Assembly: GCA_019247495.1 (NCBI GenBank)
Contig: JAFAOU010000003.1
Coordinates: 2,011-66,010 of the forward strand
Length of the DNA: 64,000 nucleotides
Source: Acidobacteriota bacterium
Lineage (GTDB): Bacteria; Acidobacteriota; Thermoanaerobaculia; Gp7-AA8
Reading direction: 5' to 3'
Positions 9,833-19,227 of the stretch are shown here, piece by piece. Under the pieces are notes generated by a model that saw only the letters and a program-made list of their open reading frames with translations, had not been told where the DNA came from and ran no database searches. Positions within the stretch are counted from its first letter, which is position 1. The number at the start of each line of letters is the position of its first letter. The position numbers and the translations under genes were made by a program.

Positions 9833-12211
9833 ATGCGCGCTCGTTCCCTCGCCTTGCTCCTCCTCATCGCATCCGCCGCGCATGCCGCGACTTTCATCGT
9901 CCCCTCGGATCGCGCGCTGGTCACGGCGTCGAAGGCGATCGTTGTCGCCACCGCGGGAGCGTCGCATGGACGGCGCGCGCCGGGCGGATGGATTGAAACC
10001 GTGACGGAGTTACGCGTCGAGGAAGCGATCAAAGGTCCGGTCGCGGCAGGGGAGAGCATTCGCGTCACGGAGTTGGGCGGGATGGTGGGCGACATCGGCT
10101 ACGTCGTCGCAGGGAGCCCGAGGTATGCCGAAGGGCAGCGCGTGCTGCTGTTTCTGGAGACGAACGATCGCGGCGAGTGGGTGTCAAAGAACATGGCCGT
10201 CGGCAAGTTCGACTATGCCGGCGATGTCCGCGGGCGGCAGTTGCTGGTGCGAGATGCGAGCGAAATCGTCGGATGGGAAACTGATGGCGACGTTCATCGC
10301 GAGCCGGTGCGGCTGGAACAGCGCTTCCTCAATTTCGTCCGCGCCACCGCGAAGGGTCTCGTCGCCGATGTCGATTACATCGTCCGCGATCCCCAGCCGC
10401 TGCGGCGTGTCGTAGCCGAGTCGACCGCGGAGGCGTTCGCGCCAAGCTCCTATCTTTTGCAGGGTGGCGGCGGCCTCGGCATCCGCTGGGCGAGCTTCCC
10501 GAGCGCCGTCGTTTTTCTCAGCCACGGCACGCAGCCGGGCGCGCTGAACGGCGGACTTACCTCGATTCAGCGCGCGCTCGCGGCGTGGACCAACGACGCC
10601 GGATCGAACATCGTCTACAGCTACGGCGGCACCACGACGATCGCGCAGACAGGCTTCGGTTCGGGCGGCAACTCCGACGGCGTCAACACGATTCAATTCA
10701 ACGATCCGGCCGGCGAGATTCCGGGATCGTTCACGGGGGCCGGCGGCTCGACCCTGGCCATCGGCGGCGCGTGGTTCGGCAGCGCCAAACACAGCGCAAA
10801 CGGCGAGCAGTACTTCACGATCGGCGAGGCCGACCTCGTCGTGCAGGACGGCATCAGCGGCGCGGGGCTGACCGGCAACGGCTTCGATCACGTCCTCACG
10901 CACGAGCTTGGACACACGCTCGGCCTTCGCCACTCCGACAAGACTCCGAGCGATTCCGGTACGTGCAGCGCGCCGCTGGACTGCTCCGATTTCGCAATCA
11001 TGAAATCGAGCGTCGCCTTCAATTCCGATCCGATCGGATCCGCGCTGCAGGCGTGGGATATCGCCGCCATCGACGCCGTCTACGGTTCGGGTGTGGTCGG
11101 TCCGCCGCCGTGCAATCCGCCGCACATCGCCAGCGCGCCGCAGACCACCAGCGTCGGAACGACGGCGGTGACCTTCACCGTCAGCGCGACCGGCGACGCG
11201 CCGCTGCGCTATCAGTGGTACCTCGGCGCGACCGGCAACACCGCCGCTCCGATCAGCAACGCCACGACCACATCGCTGACGGTCAATCCGGTCGTGACCA
11301 CCGCGTACTGGGTGCGCATCACGAACGATTGCGATCCGCCGGCCGACAGCGGGACGGTCTTCGCCATCGTCAACAACTGCCCGCCCGTGACGATCAGCTC
11401 GCAATCGCCCGACGCCACGATCCTCGAAGGACACTCGACCACGCTCACCGTCTCCGCGAGCGGCGGAACGGTTTCGTATCAGTGGTACGCGGGAAAAACC
11501 GGCGTGACGTCATCGCCCGTCAGCGGCGCAACCGGCAGCAGCCTGACCGTGACGCCGTCGATCACCTCGTCCTACTGGCTGCGCGCGTCGAACAGTTGCG
11601 GATCGTCGCTCGACAGCAACACGATCACGATCACCGTCCTGCCGTGCGCCGCGCCGAAGTTCGTCGTCCAGCCGCCCAGCGCGAACATCGTCTCCAACTT
11701 CGGAACCACGCTCTACTCCGCGGTCACAGGCACGCAGCCGATCGCCTATCAATGGTACGAAGGCACCTTCCCCGACACCTCCCATCCCGCCACCAACGGC
11801 AACTCGGCGACTCTGGCGGTGCCGTCACTGGTCGCGTCGGCATCGTTCTGGCTGCACGTGTCGAGCGAATGCGGCGCGGCGGACAGCGCCACCGCGCGAT
11901 TGACGGTGGTGCAGTCGTGCGCGCCGCCGACGATCTTCTCGCAGCCGCAGAATCAGAGCGTCGCCTCGGGATCGAACGTCGTCGTTTCGATCGTCGCTGG
12001 CGGCGCCTCCCTCTCCTTCCAGTGGTACCAGGGCCCAATCGGCGACTTCACGCATCCGATCGGCGGCAACGCGCCATCCGTCTTCGTCCCGTCGATCACG
12101 ACGGCGACACAGTTCTGGGTGCGCATCGGCGGACCATGCGGCAGCGTGGACAGCAGCGTGGCCACGGTGTCCGTTGCGACGACGCCACGGCGGCGCGCGG
12201 TGGGGCGGTAG
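9833..12211 (+). CDS. Secreted matrixin-like (M10/M57-type) zinc metalloprotease with C-terminal Ig-like repeats
   Basis: Signal peptide; HELGHTLGLRH zinc motif and downstream Met-turn (AIM); YQWY...YWVR Ig repeats; ends TTPRRRAVGR. Start reassigned to ATG 9833. Confidence 0.85.
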   Translation: MRARSLALLLLIASAAHAATFIVPSDRALVTASKAIVVATAGASHGRRAPGGWIETVTELRVEEAIKGPVAAGESIRVTELGGMVGDIGYVVAGSPRYAEGQRVLLFLETNDRGEWVSKNMAVGKFDYAGDVRGRQLLVRDASEIVGWETDGDVHREPVRLEQRFLNFVRATAKGLVADVDYIVRDPQPLRRVVAESTAEAFAPSSYLLQGGGGLGIRWASFPSAVVFLSHGTQPGALNGGLTSIQRALAAWTNDAGSNIVYSYGGTTTIAQTGFGSGGNSDGVNTIQFNDPAGEIPGSFTGAGGSTLAIGGAWFGSAKHSANGEQYFTIGEADLVVQDGISGAGLTGNGFDHVLTHELGHTLGLRHSDKTPSDSGTCSAPLDCSDFAIMKSSVAFNSDPIGSALQAWDIAAIDAVYGSGVVGPPPCNPPHIASAPQTTSVGTTAVTFTVSATGDAPLRYQWYLGATGNTAAPISNATTTSLTVNPVVTTAYWVRITNDCDPPADSGTVFAIVNNCPPVTISSQSPDATILEGHSTTLTVSASGGTVSYQWYAGKTGVTSSPVSGATGSSLTVTPSITSSYWLRASNSCGSSLDSNTITITVLPCAAPKFVVQPPSANIVSNFGTTLYSAVTGTQPIAYQWYEGTFPDTSHPATNGNSATLAVPSLVASASFWLHVSSECGAADSATARLTVVQSCAPPTIFSQPQNQSVASGSNVVVSIVAGGASLSFQWYQGPIGDFTHPIGGNAPSVFVPSITTATQFWVRIGGPCGSVDSSVATVSVATTPRRRAVGR

Positions 12212-12400
12212 CTGTCATCCTGAGCCGCCGGAGGCGTTGGAGCGCGAAGCGCGGAACGCCGTAGGACGGTCGAAGGACCCCCTCAATGCTTGCATCGTGA
12301 TTTACCGCCGCCCGTCCCTGGTTAACAGGAAGGGGGTCCTTCGACCGTCCTGCGCTGCTCCGGCTTCGCCGAAGCAAGCTCCGGCGGCTCAGGATGACAG
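12212..12400. repeat. CTGTCATCCTGAG...CTCAGGATGACAG palindromic element (CGTC-type REP/MITE-like), copy 1
   Basis: Long terminal inverted repeats plus inner GGACGGTCGAAGGACCCC/GGGGTCCTTCGACCGTCC arms; closely related copy at 36150-36336. Confidence 0.8.
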
Positions 12401-12416
12401 GTACACTCCGCGCCGA

Positions 12417-14774
12417 ATGTCATTAACGCTGTACATCGCGGTGGCGCTCCTGCTCTTGTGGATCGCGCACCGCGCGCTGCTGCCGCTGTCGCGCGTCGCG
12501 GCGCTCGCGCTGATCCTCCTGCCGATGTGCATCACCGGCAAGGCCTTGCTCACCGGTGGCGTTTTCGGTCCGGTCGATCTGCCGTATTTCACCGAGCCGC
12601 TGCGCGACATGCGCGTGCCGCTCGGCGTGCCGAAGCCGCATAACGGACTGCTGTCCGATCTTTACGCGCAGATGATCCCGTGGCGGAAGGCGGTGCAGTT
12701 CTCGATTTCGCACGGACGATGGCCGCTCTGGAATCCGTTCATCCTTTCCGGGACGCAACTGGCCGCGGCCGCGCAGCCGGCGGCGTATTCGCCATTCACG
12801 TTGATCGCCTGCCTCCTGCCGGTCGCGCACAGCATCACCTTCTCGGCGGCGATGACGTTCTTTCTCGCCGGCCTCGGCGCCTTTCTTTTCGCGCGGGAGC
12901 TCGGCTGCCGCGAATCGGTCGCGCTATCCGCCGCTGCCGGCTGGATGTACGCCGGCGGCATGGCCTTCTTCGTCCTCTGGTCGCTCGGCAGCTCGTGGGC
13001 TTTTCTCCCATTCGTTTTCTTCGCGACACGCCGTTGCGTCCACGCGCCGGGAGTGCGATCGGCGGCCATTCTCATGATCGTTCTGACGCTGCTCCTCCTG
13101 GCCGGCCATCCCGAAACGGCGTTCCACGTCGTTTTCTGCGGCGCGCTGTACGGCCTCGCCGAACTGCTCGCTCTCCGGAGAAACATTGCGCGCGTCCTCG
13201 GCACTGCCGCAGCCGCGGGCGGCATCGCGCTCGCGCTGGCGGCGATCTATCTGATGCCGATGTTCGAGGCAGCGCCGCAGACGATGGAGCAGCAGTTCCG
13301 CATGGGCGGCTACCGCGACCTGCCGCGCGGCGTGCCGTTAGCCGAGAGTGGCGCGCGCATCCTCAGCGACTTTTTCCCGCACCTGCGGGGCCGGTGGTGG
13401 AATCGCAAGGTTCCGCACTGGGTGCCGATCGAGACCTCCGCCGCCGGCAGCATCGTCGTGGCGCTGGCCATCTATGCGCTCATCCGCGTGCGGCGCCGCG
13501 AGATCGCTTTCTTCGGCGGCTTGGCGCTCTTCGGAATCCTCTGCGGCGCCGATTGGTCGCCGCTCGCCGCGCTGCTGCAGAAGCTCCCGCTGTTCGACAT
13601 CGCCCTCAACGAGCGCTTCACCTTCGCCGCCGCCTTTTCGCTGGTGATCCTGGCGTGCCTCGGCATCGAGCACGCCGTCGCAACGCGCGACAAAACCCTC
13701 GGCTACGCGCTCGCCGCCGCCGCGCTTCTTTTCGCCGCCGGCGCATTCACGATCGACCGGATGCACATCATCCAGGACAAGCTCCCCGAGTGGGGCGTCT
13801 ACACCCGCTTCGGCGAGCTGGCCGGCATAGGTCTCGCGGCCGCGGCCGTGCTCGCGTTGCAGAAGTCGCGCGAGAACGCGATTGGCATCGCCTTACTTCT
13901 GCTGATCACCGCGCAGCGCTGGCTGGCTGGACGCGACATCTATCCCACACTGCCCGCGTTCGCAGCGTATCCGCCCGTACCGATCCTCAGCTCGTTGCCG
14001 CGCGAGACCGGCGAGCCGTTTCGCATCACCGGCCGCGCGCATGCGCTCGTGCCCGGAACGAGCGCGCTCTACGAGCTGGAAGACGTCCGCGGCTACGAGG
14101 CCATGACCTTCTCACGCTACGTGGCCACGTATGACGCGTGGTGCACGCATCAGCCGGTCTGGTTCAACCGCGTCGACGATCTGACCAAGCCCTTCCTCTC
14201 CATGCTCAACGTCCGCTACGCCATCGCCTCGGACGACGTACCCGCGCCCGACGGCTGGCGGCGCGTGGCGGTGCAGCGCGGCGCGCAACTGCTGGAGAAC
14301 ACGCGCGTTTTTCCGCGCGCCTTCATGCCGTCGCGCGTCGTGTTTGGAACGCCGTTCGACGGCATCACCAAGGCTTTGATTGCCGCGCCCGACTTCCACG
14401 AACGCGCCTGGATCGAGGCGCCGCTCCCGCCCGGCGAGCGCGCCAACGACGGCGGCATTGTGGCCGCCGTGAAGCGCGACGACGACGGCGATCTGATCGT
14501 CGATACGGCCACCGCCGCCGGCGCCTGGGTGGTGATCACCGAGCCGGCCTGGGATGGCTGGCGCATCTACATCGACGACCGCCGCGTCGAGCACTTCTAC
14601 GCGAACGCCGCCTTCCTCGGCGTCTACGTTCCGTCCGGCGGCCACCGAATCCGCCTGACCTTCCTGCCGATGAGCTTTGTGCGCGGCCGGGCCATCTCTC
14701 TCTCGACGCTGGCCCTCCTCCTCGGCGCCACCATCGCCGCGAGAATCCGCCGCCGCCGTGTAACGTTGGCGTGA
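12417..14774 (+). CDS. YfhO-like GT-C membrane glycosyltransferase
   Basis: WPLWNPFILSG, LLAGHPE, DVRGYEAM, C-terminal WDGWRIYID...NAAFLGVYVPSGGHRIRLTF plus TM helix. Start reassigned to ATG 12417; the upstream extension runs through the repeat. Confidence 0.8.
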   Translation: MSLTLYIAVALLLLWIAHRALLPLSRVAALALILLPMCITGKALLTGGVFGPVDLPYFTEPLRDMRVPLGVPKPHNGLLSDLYAQMIPWRKAVQFSISHGRWPLWNPFILSGTQLAAAAQPAAYSPFTLIACLLPVAHSITFSAAMTFFLAGLGAFLFARELGCRESVALSAAAGWMYAGGMAFFVLWSLGSSWAFLPFVFFATRRCVHAPGVRSAAILMIVLTLLLLAGHPETAFHVVFCGALYGLAELLALRRNIARVLGTAAAAGGIALALAAIYLMPMFEAAPQTMEQQFRMGGYRDLPRGVPLAESGARILSDFFPHLRGRWWNRKVPHWVPIETSAAGSIVVALAIYALIRVRRREIAFFGGLALFGILCGADWSPLAALLQKLPLFDIALNERFTFAAAFSLVILACLGIEHAVATRDKTLGYALAAAALLFAAGAFTIDRMHIIQDKLPEWGVYTRFGELAGIGLAAAAVLALQKSRENAIGIALLLLITAQRWLAGRDIYPTLPAFAAYPPVPILSSLPRETGEPFRITGRAHALVPGTSALYELEDVRGYEAMTFSRYVATYDAWCTHQPVWFNRVDDLTKPFLSMLNVRYAIASDDVPAPDGWRRVAVQRGAQLLENTRVFPRAFMPSRVVFGTPFDGITKALIAAPDFHERAWIEAPLPPGERANDGGIVAAVKRDDDGDLIVDTATAAGAWVVITEPAWDGWRIYIDDRRVEHFYANAAFLGVYVPSGGHRIRLTFLPMSFVRGRAISLSTLALLLGATIAARIRRRRVTLA

Positions 14775-14843
14775 CGAGCGACACAATTCCTGGAGCGCCA
14801 GGCCGTACAATCCCGAGACCCATTCACAGAGAGACCCCTTTTC

Positions 14844-17510
14844 ATGCGAATCCTCGTTCGGTTATTGATCGTTTCGTTTCTTGCGGCTGCGACCTCGCTG
14901 CAAGCCATCACCTACATCGTTCCGACCGATCGCGATCTGATACACGACGCGGACGCGATCGTTCTTGCGAAGGCAATGTGTTCGTACTCGCAAGTCTCAG
15001 CTGATGGTCGGATCGTCACGATTGCGGAACTCGACGTGACCCGTTCGCTCAAAGGGGCTTTCCGCAAGGGAGACACTCTTCGCCTCAGCGAGATTGGCGG
15101 AAGCCTGACGAATATAACGCTCGCCGTTCCAGGCTCCCCACGATACGAGAACGGGGCCGACTACCTCGTGTTCGTGGCGGTGAGTCCGTCAGGGGAGACA
15201 GCCACCTATGGCATGGGTCTCGGGCGCTTCAAGAAAGTGACTGACCTTCACGGACTTACGACGTTTTCGCGCGGCATCGACACGGAGTCGATCTTCGGGT
15301 TTGACGCGAACGGCGGTTCCCACAAGGAGTTGGAGCGAGATGCTGTTCGCTTCCTTTCGTTTATTGAAAGGACGGTTGCGAATCAGCCTGCATCCGCCGA
15401 GTACTACGTTCCCGAACGTGAGATTACGCGGGCTCCGTCTTCGCAGAGTTTCGTGCCGCGAGCTACGGCTGGTTCATCGCGCGGTGACTATCTCTCGACG
15501 GGGAATGCCCGCTGGCAGACGCCAACAGCGCAGTGGTTCTCGTATCACACCCAAACGGGATATTCGGGCGGCGGGATCCCCGCTCTTCAAAATGCGCTTG
15601 GACAATGGGGAAGTGCTGGGGTTGGAATCAACTACACATACGGTGGCACCACTCTCAATCATGCTGGTCTGCACGGCGCGTCAGATTCGACCAACACCGT
15701 GATCTTTGATGACGCCGATGGCTTTGTCGCGCAGCAAAGAACGCAATTTCATAATCCCAATATCGCAGCGATTGGCGGTGCGTGGTATCCGAATACGACC
15801 TACCCGCTCGGCGGCGAAAATTTTCACCCTACCTCGGAGGGGGACGTAGAGGTCGGAACCACGATTTCTGGTGTCAGCGAAACACAGTTCGCGATGATCC
15901 TGACGCATGAGCTGGGGCACACACTGGGTTTTCGACACTCGGATCAGACCGCGGCAAACGATCCGAACACTCCATGTACCGCACCACTGCCGTGCGCTGG
16001 CGCGCTAAGTCCACCGCCGCCACCTGCCTATGCGCACGCAGTTATGGAGTCATCCGTTTCATTCTCTATCTCAGGCCTGCAGCAGTACGACCTTGACGCC
16101 GCCCAAACCGTCTACGGCAGCGGTCCTGTTTGCACTCCGCCGTCGATTGGAACCCAACCGTCCGGCGTGACAATCACCGCGGGACAACAGACCACGTTGT
16201 CCGTCGGCGCGACCGGAACGGGCCTCACGTATCAGTGGTACATCGGCAGCGCGAGCAGCACGACAACGCCGGCGCCGGGAGGCACCAGCAGCCAGTTGAC
16301 GGTTTCCCCGAGCACGACCACGAATTACTGGGTTCGCGTAACAGGCCAGTGCGCACCGGCTGCGGACAGCCGCACCGCGACCGTCACCGTCAACTGCGCG
16401 CCGCCGTCCGTTCCAACGCCGAACGCCTCGCCATCCTCGATAGCCGCCGGACAATCGAGCACTCTCTCCGCCTCGCCCACCGGCAGTGGACCATTCACCT
16501 ATCAGTGGTACACCGGCAATTCGGGCGATACATCGAGCCCGATCGCCGGCGCGACGAACTCCTCGACGAGCGTCAGTCCGGCGGTGACCACGAACTACTG
16601 GGTCAAGGTGACCGGCCAATGCGGAACGTTCAATAGTCCGGCCACGACTGTCAGCGTCGCCTGCACGCCGATCGCGGCGGGCGGCGTCGGGGCACAACCT
16701 CCGACGATCAATCCGGGACAGTCGTCCACGATTTCCGTTACCACGAGCGGCACCGGTCCCTTCACGTTCCAGTGGTATCGGGGAAGCCTCGGCGATTTCT
16801 CAAACCCAATCGCGGCCACCAGCAGCACGCTAGTCTCCCCAGCCGCGAACACGACGTATTGGGTTCGCGTCACCGCGCCGTGCGGCTCGCAGGACGGCAG
16901 CGTCACTGTGTTCGTAAATGTGCCTTGCACGCCGTCGTCGATCACTACTCACCCGGCGTTCGCGACGATCGCCCCGGGAGCGTCGGCGACGCTGACCGTC
17001 GTCGCCGCCGGAAGCGCTCCCATTTCCTACCAGTGGTACACCGGCACTTCGGGCAACACCGCCAGCCCGATCGCCGGCGCCACCAACGCCTCCGTCACCG
17101 TGACACCCACCGTAACGACGTCGTACTGGGTGCGCGTGTCGAACAGTTGCAATCAGACGGGCAACAACAGCACCACGGCGGTCGTGACGGTATCGGCGAA
17201 CTGCCCCGCGGCGACGATCACGACACAACCTGCGGGCGTTTCCGCCGGCATCGGAACCGCCGCCACGCTGAAGGTGGTCGCAACCGTCACCGGAACCACC
17301 ATTCATTACCAGTGGTACAAGGGCGCGAAGGGCGATCTCTCAACGAAAGTCGGCACCGACTCCGACACCTTCACTACCGGCGCGGTCAGCGTCACTACGA
17401 GTTACTGGGTTCGCCTGACCTCGGCCTGCAACACCCTGACGTTCACCGACAGCAACGCCGCCATCGTCACCGCAACCGCGACCCCCAAAGGACGCGCGGT
17501 ACGACATTGA
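14844..17510 (+). CDS. Secreted matrixin-like zinc metalloprotease with Ig-like repeats (paralog of 9833-12211)
   Basis: Signal peptide; HELGHTLGFRH; Met-turn AVM; five YQWY...YWV Ig repeats; ends ATPKGRAVRH. Confidence 0.85.
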   Translation: MRILVRLLIVSFLAAATSLQAITYIVPTDRDLIHDADAIVLAKAMCSYSQVSADGRIVTIAELDVTRSLKGAFRKGDTLRLSEIGGSLTNITLAVPGSPRYENGADYLVFVAVSPSGETATYGMGLGRFKKVTDLHGLTTFSRGIDTESIFGFDANGGSHKELERDAVRFLSFIERTVANQPASAEYYVPEREITRAPSSQSFVPRATAGSSRGDYLSTGNARWQTPTAQWFSYHTQTGYSGGGIPALQNALGQWGSAGVGINYTYGGTTLNHAGLHGASDSTNTVIFDDADGFVAQQRTQFHNPNIAAIGGAWYPNTTYPLGGENFHPTSEGDVEVGTTISGVSETQFAMILTHELGHTLGFRHSDQTAANDPNTPCTAPLPCAGALSPPPPPAYAHAVMESSVSFSISGLQQYDLDAAQTVYGSGPVCTPPSIGTQPSGVTITAGQQTTLSVGATGTGLTYQWYIGSASSTTTPAPGGTSSQLTVSPSTTTNYWVRVTGQCAPAADSRTATVTVNCAPPSVPTPNASPSSIAAGQSSTLSASPTGSGPFTYQWYTGNSGDTSSPIAGATNSSTSVSPAVTTNYWVKVTGQCGTFNSPATTVSVACTPIAAGGVGAQPPTINPGQSSTISVTTSGTGPFTFQWYRGSLGDFSNPIAATSSTLVSPAANTTYWVRVTAPCGSQDGSVTVFVNVPCTPSSITTHPAFATIAPGASATLTVVAAGSAPISYQWYTGTSGNTASPIAGATNASVTVTPTVTTSYWVRVSNSCNQTGNNSTTAVVTVSANCPAATITTQPAGVSAGIGTAATLKVVATVTGTTIHYQWYKGAKGDLSTKVGTDSDTFTTGAVSVTTSYWVRLTSACNTLTFTDSNAAIVTATATPKGRAVRH

Positions 17511-17554
17511 AGCAGGGGGCGAGGGAGATGAAGCAGGGACGAGGGACGGGACTC

Positions 17555-17748
17555 GTCGGCGAAGCCGGCGGAAGAGCCGTAGCCCACGGCTTCGAGCCGT
17601 GGGTCAGAGGGATCGCACAAATTTGTGAGCGCGCCTTGGCGCGCGATAGAAAGCTTTCTTTCGCCCGTTAAAACGGGCTCACAAGAGAAACCGCACCGTT
17701 CCCCCAGTTGAAACTGGGGGCTACGGCTCTTACGCCGGCTTCGCCGAC
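17555..17748. repeat. Palindromic REP-doublet element with GTAGCCC arms, flanked by 7-mer tandem repeats
   Basis: gtcggcgaagccggcggaagagccgtagccc...gggctacggctcttacgccggcttcgccgac, with internal hairpins cccacggc/gccgtggg and cccccag/ctggggg. Confidence 0.7.
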
Positions 17749-17811
17749 ACGCGCGGCAGGACAGGACGCGGGGACGAGGATCGCTCCCTCGTCCCTGATC
17801 CCTCACCCCTG

Positions 17812-19113
17812 CTACATCGTGTCCAGCTGCTTCTTCATCGACGCGATCATGCCTGGACTGACCTGTTCGCCGGGAAGTGACTGCGCGTAGGTGATCGCTT
17901 CTTCGATCGTTTTGCGCGCGGATGCCTTATCGCCTTTCGCCAGGTAGGTCGCGGCGCGGCTGCGGTAGATGCCGATCTTGCGCGGGCCGTAGGCGAGTTT
18001 GAGCGCGCGGTCCGATGCGGCGAGGGAATCGTCGAAACGTCCGGCGGCGCGGTAGGCAGAGATGAGGCGCGCCGGCGGGTTGTAGTCCTTCGGCAGATCG
18101 CGTTCGGATTGCTCCAGCATGGCGATGGCCTTCTCGGGCTGCTTGAGTCCGAGGTAGACCTCGAGCCGGTGCGAATCGTAGACGGCACGCGCGTCGGGAT
18201 TCTTCGCTTTGGCTGCTTCGCCTTCCAGGAACGCCGCCCACTCCTCGCGGAGTTTGCGCGCCGAGGTTTCGTCTTTGGCTTCGTCGCGGGCGTCGACGAG
18301 CGATTCGTAAAGTCCGGAGCGGTCGTCGGCGGACATCTTGATCTTGTCCGCCGCGGCGAGCGTTTCGCGCGTCGCTTTCTCCAGTCCTGCCGTCAGCTCG
18401 GAACGGTTCCATGATTTCGCATCGAGGTTGGTCGCGCAGGAGAGTCCGGTCGCCGCGACGTTGACCGCCGATCCTGTTCCGCGAACGCGCGGATACAGCG
18501 CGAGGGCGCGCTCGGCGCATTGCTGCGAATTCTGACTCTGCAGCAGCGCGAAGACGAGCGATTCGGAAGCGCGTCCGAGCCGCGGCCAATCTTTCGGCGC
18601 CGCAGCGATTGCCTCATCGAACGCTTTCGCGGCCTCGGCCTGCTTCCCTTGTCCGGCCAGCGCATCGGCGCGGACCAGGAGCGTGTCGGCCTTCGAATGC
18701 GATCCGCGGAAGGCGTGCTGGCCGTCATCGAGCAGCTTGCGGACCTGCGGTACGGTGCCGCCGCCTGCATAGCGGAAGATGACCTTGTCTTTCGGATCGA
18801 GGACGAGCAGCGTCGGCCAGACGCTGATCGGATGCGCTTTCAGGAATGCGGTGTTCTTCGCGTCTTCCGTGTCGATCGAGAGCCAGACAAACTGTCCGGC
18901 GTACCGCTCGAGGGATTTGTCCGTGAAGACATAAGCCCTCATCGAGCGGCAGGTGTGTCACCAGGGCGCCCACGCCTCGACGAAGACCGGAAGGTCCGCC
19001 GATTTCGCGCGGGCGATCGCTTTGGTGTAGTCGTTCTCGATCCACGGCAGGACTTCTTTCGCCTGAGCCGCGGACGCAACGAGCAGGAGCGATGCGAGCA
19101 GGAGTCGTTTCAT
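17812..19113 (-). CDS. Secreted thioredoxin-family + TPR protein with in-frame UGA (probable selenoprotein, UxxC)
   Basis: ATG 19113 gives signal peptide MKRLLLASLLLVASAAQA, then WIENDYTKAIARAKSADLPVFVEAWAPW-[TGA 18960-18958]-HTCRSM, in frame with ORF 17812-18942 (cis-Pro motif VWPT, TPR repeats). Confidence 0.82.
18904..18949 (-). promoter_or_regulatory. Candidate bacterial SECIS hairpin
   Basis: Starts 9 nt after the UGA: CCGCUCG-AUG-AGGG...UGUC-UUCACG-GACA...CCCU-CGAGCGG, a multi-segment stem. Confidence 0.55.
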
Positions 19114-19151
19114 GGCGCGAAAGTGTAATGCACTGACTGTTCCGCTTCATT

Positions 19152-19216
19152 TTCAACCACAGAGGCACAGAGAACACAGAGGGATTTCTCTGTGCCCTCT
19201 GTGTCTCTGTGGTGAA
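19152..19216. repeat. 9-mer tandem inverted repeat (ACACAGAG type), copy 1
   Basis: accacagaggcacagagaacacagag...ctctgtgccctctgtgtctctgtggt; related copy at 56612-56672. Confidence 0.75.
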
Positions 19217-19227
19217 ATGATTTTTCG

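Noticed and set aside
12174-12416. N-terminal extensions in the ORF track (also 9746, 25016, 33626, 37443, 41874, 58654)
   Set aside because: They run through repeats or neighbouring genes; signal peptides, RBSs or -10 boxes point to later starts.
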